A stretch of 64,000 bases of DNA. Origin: Catajapyx aquilonaris. Lineage: Eukaryota. Shown here in pieces: positions 53,262 through 64,000 of this stretch. The position numbers and the translations under genes are program-made. The first letter of the stretch is position 1. Each line of letters begins with the position of its first letter. The notes beneath the pieces are model-generated. The model was not told where the DNA came from and did no database searches. It was given only the letters and a program-made list of their open reading frames with translations. Where the stretch lies: the NCBI GenBank assembly GCA_000934665.2, contig JYFJ02001009.1, positions 1 to 64,000 of the forward strand, given 5' to 3'.

Positions 53262-53264
<3 letters not shown>
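53100..53264. mobile_element. Palindromic MITE, TA-flanked (Tc1/mariner-type ends)
   Basis: TA-CAGTATTGGTCAT...ATGACCAATACTG-TA; ~60-bp arms (53100-53160 vs ~53205-53264) are near-perfect reverse complements. Confidence 0.75.
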
Positions 53265-53317
<53 letters not shown>

Positions 53318-53596
53318 TCGTACCCCGTGATAAGCCGGCGCGGCGGCTCTTTAGGGGGAATTTTTTTTGTCTGGAACTCTTTGCTTTCACTTTTACTTAG
53401 CTTTTTGGGATAGGATAGGGACGAAAGGAAGCGGCTGTGGCCTATTTTTACGGAAATAACTCCGGAATTCTCCTGGAGGAACCGTGGGAAACCACAGAAA
53501 ACCACGGTTAGAGTTGCCGGCACCGGGATTCGAACCCAGGACCTCCCGATTAGGAGTCGAACTCCTTAACCACTACACCAACTGCTTCGGTTATAG
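53265..53596 (-). mobile_element. tRNA-derived SINE with (TTA)n tail and 11-bp target-site duplication
   Basis: Minus-strand head with Pol III box A TGGTGTAGTGG (53580-53570) and box B GGTTCGAATCC (53536-53526), ~200-bp body, (TTA)18 tail at 53316-53263. CCAATACTGTA is repeated directly at 53254-53264 and 53597-53607. Confidence 0.8.
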
Positions 53597-56518
53597 CCAA
53601 TACTGTACACGACGATTTCAGCAAATTCGTCTCATATTCATTTGGGAGTTTTCCTAAGCGCCATTCTGTTTGAAGTCACGTCTCACATGCCATTCACTGC
53701 ACGACTAAAGTAAATGCAGTAGGGTGTCGATTCAATGTGTCTCTGTCTGCACACTTTCATTTTCAACTATATTACCGTCAGTATATGCCCTAACACGAAT
53801 AGGTTGTAACAAGAGAATTTCTGACACACTGTCAGAACTTGTGAAGTGCTTAATATTATCTGGCAAAAACAAGCATCCTCTGTCGTATGGGGCTATATTT
53901 ACAGCCTCTTTGCCTGCCTATAATAAAAATGTGCGTCTAGTCTACTAAAAGACGCAAGTTGCAGAAGGTTACACTTGTTGACCTTAAAAATCGTGCGTAG
54001 TAGCCAAATGCATACAATATGTCTTCTTGCATAACATTTTTAGGAAGCATCAGATCTGAACTATGAGAATTCGTGCTACGACTAGAGCCATGACATGCCG
54101 GGTACACTAGGCATACAACAGAAAAACTATTGAGTGTACGGCATTACCTGTTGATTATTAAATTTGAATATCTGAAAGCAAAACGAGCAGTCTCAGGATA
54201 CTGTAATATTTCGAAATATAAGGATTTGAAGAAGTACCAGTATTGTGTTATAGCCCTTACTTAGGATAATGATCTTCAAAATTTTCTCTTAATTGTTGTA
54301 ATTTTTGTTTCAATCAAAAATCTGACTTTCAGAAAATAGGTTACTTTCGAGGCCTATGTTAAATAATTTTGACCGTTCTATGCCCCGCGTAGCCTATAAT
54401 CTAATCAGTTCAGAGCTTTTACACACAAAGAACAGCCACATTTCACCTACCAATAGTAAATAAAGTGTATGAAACAGTGTCATTGTAAACATCTTCAGGG
54501 AGGTTCCAGCAATGCAATCTGACTCATCCGTCCAATTAATTAAGCATGTATTATGGCGTCAAGAAAAGACTTTGGAGCATCCAACAGGTTAGTTTAATTT
54601 TTATTTTTACTCCGCTTTTTTTTGGCTCTATTTCTGGGCCAGTTTGGGGGGCATCCAAGGTACCGGTGCACGTGCACCTTCCGCATATACTTGTATGTTG
54701 ATCCGCCATTGAGTCCTTCAAGTGAGGGAGGTAAGTTGAACCTATCATTGATTAGATTAGAAATTATCGCGACTTGAAAATGGAGACCCGAATGTACAAG
54801 CATACGTAATATCTGCAAAAGATATATGCACACATTTCTTATAGCTGTTGAGTATATGCAAATGATGACAAATTCAGTCGCAAAAAAATTATAAGTGGTT
54901 GTGAATAAAATTAGCCAAATTCACATATTATATCAGTGTCAAAGTTTATTATTTTTTTGCACAGGTGATTTCACCTTGTAAGATTTTCCTAGCACATCAT
55001 GATGCATAAGCCTCGTTATAGTCCATTAAATCATTATTTTATTTTTGTAAATCTTTGCTCATGCCATACAATTTTGACGTAGGTGACAAAATCAAGTTTC
55101 TTTGAATGAAACTGTGGCATGTTTTACATTACTAAGTATACTTTGCCATCATCATCCTTCTGACGCGATGAAAGTTTGCTTCACAGAACCTTATTAGACT
55201 TGTACATTGTACTCATGTTATTTTCTGAAGAGCGATAAGCCTCGTGGTTACGGTTTCACAGTCATCTGAATGTAGGGCCCGTGATAACATGCATGGTGTG
55301 TTCGTTCCGGTCGCTTTATCGCACATTCATACGTGTAATAAGCACTCATTACTTCTTTTTTTTTGCTCCAACAAAAGAGAAGTTCAGTGACTTTGACACC
55401 AGAGACAAACAGCCCCACACCTTCAGATGCTATTATTACTTGGAAAGTGACTCATTTTTCCGGGAAGTTTACGTCCACATTTACTTAAGATTACTACCAT
55501 GCCCTTTCTCTCGACCTCTCTTAAAAGACATGCACATAAGAATCAAAAGTGTCAACTTCAATTCCTGCTTTCCATAATTTTTCTCTCCCCAAAAAATAAT
55601 GTCTTCTTTTTCCCTCTCCAAGGATAGCTCAGGGAACTGGAACACCTCACTTAAAACAACTAAAACCCGCAACAGTAAACTAAGTCCTGGGTGCTTCTAT
55701 GAATAGCTATTAGCCCCACTCTTTTACTAGCGAATTCCAAAACCGGCAAAGTCAATTCGCCCACACACTATTTGTTACCAACTCATTTGATGACCACCAA
55801 AAAGGAGCTTTAGTTATTTTTCCCCAGTACTTTTAGAGCTTAGTCAAAAAAAAAAAGACACCCACGTTTGTTAATTTTTTGGCGCTGGGCTAGTTTGGCA
55901 GGATTTGGTCCAAGAGATGGGTGCCTGTATGTTGTTTTTTTTTGGCAGCCAGGCCAGTCAACCTGAGTCCTCAAATGGGGGTAGAATAATCCTTTGCCCT
56001 TTTGGAAAAAAAAAGAAGCAGCAGGAAATGGCGCCAACAAGCCTGCCTGTGCAAACTTGTCTGTTGCCAGCAGCCATCTTCATCCATTGTGGGTCTCTCT
56101 TGCGATTCTTTTCAAAGTGGGTTTCGAGAGCGAGATGCTAGGGTATATTGTACCCACGTCCTTGTGACCTTTGATCTCTGGGCCCTCCTCCGGATGACCT
56201 CCCTATATACCCTCAGTCCAGAATTACAACAAAAGGGGACGTGATACTCCTTGCTTCTCCTTTACTGACAGATTACATTACATGCTGTCATGGCAGAGGG
56301 CTTCGTGTCCGGGAGATTAACATTTGGGCTCCAGAGAGAGGTAGCTGCGGATGACTTACCGTTTCCGTTGGCTGCAAATCCGTCCAGGTGACTTGCCAGT
56401 TATTTGAACTGAACCAGTTCATATTTTTTGGGGGTGTGCAAAGTGGCAAAATTAGGGCCTTAAAAAGTTCAATTTTTTAAAAAGAAAAATCATACACAAT
56501 TTCTACCAAAATGGCGAA

Positions 56519-56605
56519 ATGTGACTGATTGTTCTACAAGTACAAAGCAAAGGTATTGATAGGCCTACTGATTGATACTTTGCTTTGTAGAACAATCAGT
56601 CACAT
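56519..56605. repeat. 87-nt fold-back inverted repeat
   Basis: ATGTGACTGATTGTTCTACAA (56519-56539) is a perfect reverse complement of 56585-56605, with additional inner pairing AGCAAAG/CTTTGCT. Confidence 0.85.
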
Positions 56606-58228
56606 CTTTCTGCGAGTGCCTTACATGAAGATATAGGTACTTGACTTTTGAGTGTTCGGATCACGATATTGTATCTGTTTAGATATCAGCAAGTGTACAG
56701 GCCTACTTGGTATATAAATGAAGTTGGTATAAAAAACGACACCATCTACATTTTGTGTGCGCAATTAACAGTATATGAGAACATTGGGTTAATCCTGCTC
56801 GTATAAAAGCAACTCTCACCTTGTTTGCGCATCTAAAAGTGGACAAGGTGATAACTTACCCAGCACTTTCGTCGGAGTGTAAACTGTTTCGTAGATCTGT
56901 GAGGTATCTCCAGCAATATATCCCTTCCCTACAAACTGCAAATCCAGTTTATTTGAACGTCCTTTACTTTGACATGCACTACTTTCTTCACTTAGACTGT
57001 AGACTAATGAATGTAGCCTGAAAGAGTGCTGTCGCAATTACAAGAAGAGCATTGTTGGCACATTTTGGTGCATTATATTATTCGCAATTGTCTTTTACAT
57101 TTTATAATGCTGAGTATGTTGAACTGTTTCTGTTGAAAATTTGTGGTATGGGCAGACGGTAGCTGGAGTCAAACCAGGACCTCCCATGATACAATATGAC
57201 ACCTAATTAACTATACCCGGTAGCTACCAGGACCTCACATCGAGTAACTGCATTCCGGCTGCTTCTTGCTACCACATGTATCATACAAGCTAATAGTTTT
57301 GTTGTGGTTTTCGTTACTCCCATCCCAAAAATCAACCCTGAGAGAACAACTTTATTTGCCAACCACATAAATACTTGAGAATTGGAAGCCAGTTGCCAAG
57401 TATGGAAAATTGCTATAATTCACTCCCATCTCGCCCCCACACGAAGAAGTGCGAATTAAGGTGACTCAAAACCGGCCAATCCTCAGGTTCCACCACCCAC
57501 AAACCCCCTAGCAGCTGACCATTGGATGCAAGAGACAGCAGGAAGAATGCCAAAGAAGAGTCCACCTTTTGCCCTCAGGGGTTGCTGCCCAGGTATAGGA
57601 AGCAAAAGGATGGCAGCAGAATCTTCTCTTTGGTGGTGGTGGTGGTGGTAGGTGGGTGGGTGTCCCATCACAAGAGGGCGGACAAATATGGGGGCAGAGA
57701 ATGACGCAGTGGCCTGACCAGCCCACCTCGCCCAAACACTTTTGGGGCGCCATGTAGGGGCAATTAGGCGTAGGCCTCAGGGCCCCCTCGGGTCACAGAG
57801 GGTCGGCCAGGTTGGCCCCACCCAGCAACCGGCCCACGGGCAAAAGAAGGACTCTGCCCCTTGTCTTCTTTTTTTATATATATATTCTCGGGTCCTTGCT
57901 CCGAAAGAGACGCGACTTGACAAATTGAATTCACGTGTGATGGTTACCACGGCACGTGTAATAGGAAATGGCGGACAGAATTTTTGCCTCGAGCGTGACA
58001 CAGCTTGGGAGGATGCTCCACATATCAGGTTTCTCCAAGAATAGTTGACGGCACAGATTACACAAAATAATCTGTAGTTCCTGGTAAATGCTGGTGTCAT
58101 TATGTATGTGACATAATTTAGTGAGCGATGATCTAATAATGCCAGGGGTCGAAATATTCGGATTCGAGAACTATTTGGCGATCCCTAGTTGCTGGTTGTT
58201 TAAACTTGTAATTATAAAAATTAGGCCG

Positions 58229-58848
58229 GCACTTCAAGTAAGTAATTTGCAATCCAGATGAAAAGATGCAAACTTTGTACCTGGACAAAAAAAAATTTAA
58301 GATTCGATCCCCTGAAATGCAGATACATCATTTCAATAAAAATCTGGACGGGTAATAAATTAATACACAAGGCCACAAGACACATCTGCATTCAAAATTT
58401 AAATCGGCCATTAGCGCTGATTTATGGGACGCTGATTAATTTTTAAATTAAAATTAAAATTAAAAATTAAGCACTCCAAGTAATTTGTACGCCAGATGAA
58501 AGTCTGGGGGTGCAAACTTTGCACATTCGCAACAAAATTTAAGATTCGACCCCTGAAATACAGATACATGCTTTAAGAACAATCTGGGCGGGTAATTCAA
58601 TTAATAATTAAATTGCAGAAATTAATTATTAAGTACTCCAAGTAAGTAATTTGCACTTCAGATGAAAAGATGCAAACTTTGCATGTGGACAAAAAATAAT
58701 GAAGATTCGACCCCTGAAATGCAGATAATATATCATTTAAGAAAAATCTGGGCGGGTACGTAAATTAATGTGCAAGGCTACATAATCTATGCATTCAAAA
58801 TTTAAATCGGTCATTAACCGTTGATTTCTGGGACGCTGCTTAATTTTC
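58229..58848. repeat. Three diverged tandem copies of a ~160-240-bp unit
   Basis: CAAGTAA(GTAA)TTTG..CAGATGAAA..TGCAAACTTTG..AAGATTCGA(T)CCCCTGAAAT.CAGATA..AATCTGG.CGGGTA recurs from ~58229, ~58470 and ~58632. Confidence 0.8.
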
Positions 58849-61800
58849 AAATGGTAATCGAAAGTGACAAAAAAATGAGCAGATGTTAATATGCGTGACA
58901 TCATCGCATCTGCATTATACATTAGAGACATGTACGTAATGAAATCATGAAACATATGTTTCTCAACTGTAGCTGACCTTAATTTTCCAGACAAACCTTT
59001 ACCTATGCTCTTCCCCAGCTATACATTTCAAAGAAGGTAGACCTTGGTTGCATCATTACAAAAAAAAAGTCATTCAATAGCTTCTAATTGAGCCAGAGGT
59101 CGTCCAAAAGTGTGACATTGAAACTTCTACTTTTTTTTCCAAGGCGGGGAAGAACATGGGGATGAAAAAAAATAAAATAAAATAAGAGACATAAAACAAG
59201 GCAAGGTTTAGGGCGTGCAAAGAAACCTGTCCGTCCCACAAAAGTCCATTTCAGGGTTGGCGTGCTCCATGTGGGCAGTCCAGTTCCATCCCACGATGTG
59301 TGCACTTCTTCAAAAACGATGAATCAACCTGTAGGTTCATATAATGAAGCCTATATTACGCTCTGGTTATTATCCATCATGATGCGCAAGATATGCGTGA
59401 ACAACAGCGCAAACAACACCAAAGTTACGTCACTTTCGAGTATATGTCACATACTTTCGCCCATGACTTCTTATGGGCATTTTTTTAAAGCACGTGTCGA
59501 GACCCAAAAGGCGTAACTAGTATGACCATTTTTTTAAATAAGGGGGGCAGGTCAAACCGGGTGTACTGTAAGGTCCAATTAATTCGAATTGCAATAGTGG
59601 GCGTAAAGACTTGTTACACCCAAAGCTCCTGTTCAGAGCCAATTTTTTTTGTGTGTGTGAGATCCTAATTTAATAATCCGATAAATCACCTGATGGAGAA
59701 ACCGATAGTGTACAGCTTCTTGCTCGCCTACTACTAACTTCTTCTGGTTAAGTAGTAGGCGAGACATCCATTTTTGGTCTGGGTGAAAGAAGACACCCAG
59801 GAACCAGAAGTTCCACGCCCCCGCCTGCAACAAACTCGAGATAATTATGAGTTTGTTTGCTAGGTAGGAGACTTGTGTTTACCCCTTCTATTTGCTGCTT
59901 TTTTGTGTGTACATCTCGAGAGGCCATTGTTTCTGCCACTGGTAAGGGTGCATTGTGATGTCGCCAATGTAACTGACAATAGTGAGCTTTCTTGCATGTG
60001 AATATAGTGGGGATATGAGTTTGATCGAAGGATATGTCAACCACCCCCCCTTCTTTTTTTTTACTTCTATCAAGTGTGGGCTAACAACCTTGAAAGGACA
60101 GGGCAGGGCCTAAAATGCGCAATTCATGGACAGATGAAATCGGCGCCTCCTGTATATAAAACGTATGTGTATAACACAGGTTGCCCACGCCTGAAACCCA
60201 CGTCAAGATAGACCCACTCACCGTAGCAGGTGCCTAGATAGGCCTTCCCCTAATTATCATGGTAGATTGAGCAGTAGACCTCGCACATATTTCCATAGGT
60301 AGGAGGGTCGACTTTTTAGCAAACGTTAAGGTCGAAGTCTTTTTGGCGCCGATTTTCTTCCAGTGCGTTAAACCCGTCTGGTACGATCCACCTTATCTTT
60401 GCTTTTGCCAGGACGTTTTGTCATCCTCTTCTGTATGGATGACTAAGAGGACTGGAGGAGAAAAAACTAATAACTTTTCTGGCCCGAACCTCCCCCTTTT
60501 GTTGCTACAGTACATCTTAAAAAGAAGCACAAAGGTTGAGAGAGTTTTTCCTCAAAATTAGAAAGGAGATATGTTCCAGATGCTGAAGAGTCGGATGCAA
60601 TTTGCTCAAATGCTCATTTCTCACCGTGGACTTGGATTTATGTCGACCACTAAAAAACCTCGAAGGTATACGAACTAAATAAGAATCATCCTTCGCATGT
60701 CTGAAGAACGTTAATTCCGATAACGGAAATCGCAGGCGTCCTTGAGGGGTGGATAAAAAGACACTCCTTTTGGTGGTTCCTCTTCCTCCTGGGTGATCTC
60801 ACGAGTCTGATTTCTACGTCGACAACAGAACAACAGGTTGTAGCATCATCCTCCTTAACATCGCTAAAGAAGCGTCTCGGTTGACCACCGATGCGTGAAT
60901 ATCAAGGCATTCAACGTTTTCCTTGCCTGGAAAATTCGATATATTAAAAGAGCTATAAAATGCCCAACCCATATCCCAGCAATTAATCCTGATGTTGGAC
61001 GGAAAAGGTCGACCACATACACATCAACAGTGTGAGCAAAAACAAATGAGACCAAAATCAGTGAGGAAAATATTGCTCATTACGCACCTTCATACTGTCA
61101 GTTGGGAGAGTCACGAATGTCAAATTGAATTTTTTCCAGCTAAGATTAATAGTGTGTCTTTTTTTTATATTTTATAGTTGAGCATGGTAAGTCACCAATT
61201 GAAAGAGGAATTGGGTGGTAATGAAAGGGTAGGAACTGGGACGAATCTTTCTTGGTTTCATCTCAAGCGTAACTAGCAAAACAAAACAGCCAGAAGAAAA
61301 CGCTAATGATGAAGGAAGCCGGAGGTTTCTGATGTGTTGCACAGTTAGGGGCGTTGGAAGGTCGTGGTAACACAAAAAAATATTTGACAGGATGTTACAG
61401 TAGTGAATCCCTTCTTAGCTCATCTGTATAATTACAAAGACATTCGATCCTTCGTGTCGCACTTGTATATGAAAATTGCGATTTTTTTTTTGGGTTGATA
61501 TTCGACCCCCACATTTTTTTGGGGTTGCCTTTTTTAAAAAATGGCTCCAGATGAGAGGAAGCTCGTCTCATTTGCAGCAATCGTTTGTTGTCGCCGACAT
61601 AGCCACTAAAACCAGCATCAGAAAATGGTTCCTTCCAAAAACTTCCGCCCCCGCCTCTGAAATGACTCTCTGTGAAATGTCTCTGCAAGTAAAAGCCCAT
61701 TAACCTGTGATTTAATGCCTGATCGCTTTGCCTTTGGAAAATGACTACAAAGGATAAGGACCTTTATTTTTTTAAAGGGGGCGTTAAAAATCCGTGTAGG

Positions 61801-62587
61801 GCTAACAGGGTCAGCTTTTTTAGATGACCGCTGACTCTTAGCTTAACGAGACCTGGTCATGTGTGTTACTCGATTAGTGTTGTGCTGTTGCCACTACCGA
61901 CAAACACGGCATAAATCACGGGTCCATTGCAAAGTCAGGTAGGACCCAACTGGTTTTTAAAGGGTAGCTGCTACCATTCATGTGCATGAGACCTCACAAA
62001 TCAGTGTTTTTGACTTGTAAAATATCTCTGGAAAAACTGCGCACGGAAGTCGTAAATTTCCTAAGGGCATAAATCCATTTGCACAAAATAATGGGGGTAA
62101 TTGAGTGTGGGCCTTCAGTTATAAGTGTCACGACGCTTATTCCAAAAGTAGGACTACCTTTAAAAACCATCTTTTCATTACATATAATTACGGATCATTT
62201 GCTGGAGGATTGCGTGTTTAGTTAGAATAAATAATGATGAGGAGGGGGGGGGGGGGGAATTGGTCACGGTTTTTTGTCCTGTGAACAAGAATGTACGAAT
62301 TGCTCGCCATGTTGACAGGTATCACTTTGAAAGACCCATCTCAGCCAGTCTGCAGCAAAACAAACACCCAAACTGACGACGTTAGCTGAGTTATTTTGGT
62401 CCCTAACTACAACATGGAAGGTTACACAAGATGACGTCTGGCTCTCCACGTGTCTCCTCAGGTAGAGCATCCGGCTCAGCTGTTTCAGAATATTGCTTTT
62501 ATACAGCTCAAAAAAAAAAATACAAGCCCAATTTTTTGGTGACCATCCTCTTACATAATAAAGCAGAAAGTTTGTCTGTATATCCTG

Positions 62588-62960
62588 CCCAGGTAGCACA
62601 CTTCGTCGGCCCGACGTCGGGAAATGACACCGGGCTAATGTTGGGGAGCGATGTTGGGCCAATGTAAAACGGTTAACTTTTTGTCACATCGGGCCAACGT
62701 TGGCACCTGATGTTGGGCCGATGTAGGCATACAGTGCTGACCCGATCTACATTATACCCTATATGGCGGCTACATAACCCACTTTAAGACTACTGAGTGC
62801 TGCTGGTGGTGGTGGCGAGGGGGGGGGGGACTCCATGGATATTTGGATGTACTCTGTACGTCCTACGGATATCCAAATGTCCAATGTCCCTTCAGTGGAG
62901 ATGTGGATATCCGTAGGATATTCCAGGGAGTTTTTGTCTGTATGTTCAGGCTACTATAAC
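62588..62960. mobile_element. Non-autonomous DNA-transposon remnant(s) with subterminal short repeats
   Basis: Begins CCCAGGTAGCAC with a partial inverted match GTGCTGCTGG at ~62798. Repeated GATGTTGGGCC.ATGT / CGGCCCGACGTCGGG motifs in both orientations. A TACGGATATCC / GGATATCCGTA inverted pair follows. Confidence 0.4.
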
Positions 62961-64000
62961 ATACTTTCGGACTACTGAGAGTACTGAAACTTGACAAACT
63001 AATGGATTACGTGCTGCTGATTGATGTAAAAGTTCGAAAACCGAATTTTTTGAAATGATTTTTCAGGCATGCCTCAATTATGGCTGACTTTTACAATGGA
63101 AACAGGCGAAGAACGGGCTCTGCTGCTAATTTACTTTAGAATGTGTGTGTGTTTTTTTTTAAGATGGTGTTGTCAGGTATAAAGTATAGCTCTGGAAGTT
63201 TGTCCAGAAGATTGCCAAGATATTGTACCATGTTTGGCATATTTTGAGCATTGAAGTACAGCACAAGTGGCGATGATGGCAGAGTTCCCTTCCATGAGAT
63301 AAGTTCTATTTCTGAAGAATCCGGAGTGGAGATTACGTCTTAAGATTCATCCCCCCACCCTCCTTTATTTTTTATTTTTTATTTTCATAATATTCTCTGG
63401 CGAAAGCACCGTTGACGGTTCTCAAGGCCCGCGAAAAAAGACAGGGGCTCTCTGAAACAATGAGAACAAGAGAAAGGGGCCTAAGGAACGGTCCAAGGCC
63501 CTAAGCCCAGCTCTTTTTGTACAGCCTCTTATATTATATAGGTAAGGTTGGGTTACAGCTTACAGGTAGAGTAGTTCTGCAACACTGAGCTCGCCCTGTT
63601 CTGTCCAATCCATCAAGCAAGGTTCTCTCTTATTCCGTCCACTCCCATACTTCCTGCCACCGTCATGGCCAAAAAAGAGTTCCTCCACTTCTTTTTCTCG
63701 TGACGGCCTTTACCCCACGCTTGCAGCAGGAAACTTTCAACAATGTCAACCTGCTCACCACCCACGCATCATATTATATTTTTTTTGTTGTTGGCAGATT
63801 CAAGTTTTCCAGCTGATCAGGTTTCATTGGGTGTGATACTGAACAGTCAAAAACTTCTAGTTTTCATCTTGAAGCTCCACCCTATGCTGTTGGCACCCTC
63901 ATTTTTTTTTTATATACAAAAAAAAGTCTTCCCTGCATATTATCCGTGTCGAATGTCCAATGACCCTATAGTTGAGTTTGCATACGAAAAGTTCAGTGCA

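Noticed and set aside
53517..53591. tRNA gene
   Set aside because: It has A and B boxes but no convincing acceptor stem, and it continues into a SINE body with a simple-repeat tail and TSD. Treated as a SINE head.
57155..57260. Second SINE-head-like fragment (GGAGTCAAACCAGGACCTCCC)
   Set aside because: Only a short degenerate match to the 53.5-kb SINE; boundaries cannot be defined.

Overview
Eukaryotic (arthropod-type) genomic DNA with four spliced protein-coding genes, all reconstructed by hand from GT-AG junctions. (1) A + strand secreted Gly/Pro-rich protein with one type-2 chitin-binding domain (ChtBD2/peritrophin-A, CPAP1-like), 2510-3651. (2) Its convergent paralogue on the - strand, a pro-resilin-like protein with YGAP repeats and a ChtBD2, 8255-5320. 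(3) BCKDHB on the + strand, 5 exons, 15693-17097. (4) The STAR/KH RNA-binding gene held out wings (how)/quaking on the - strand, 52223-21851, with an 18.7-kb first intron and both the How(S) GGLFAR tail and the How(L) REHPYQR tail. The most interesting signal is a candidate autoregulatory circuit in how: a 43-nt stop-containing cassette exon in intron 1 carrying a bipartite How/QKI binding element, plus clusters of ACUAAY sites around it and in the long 3' UTR. A more speculative alternative last exon would end How in a polybasic CaaX-like motif. The rest is intergenic or intronic DNA with MITE-like inverted repeats, a tRNA-derived SINE nested in a MITE end, head-to-head TTAGG/CCTAA arrays and tandem repeats. 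Most entries in the supplied ORF track are spurious.
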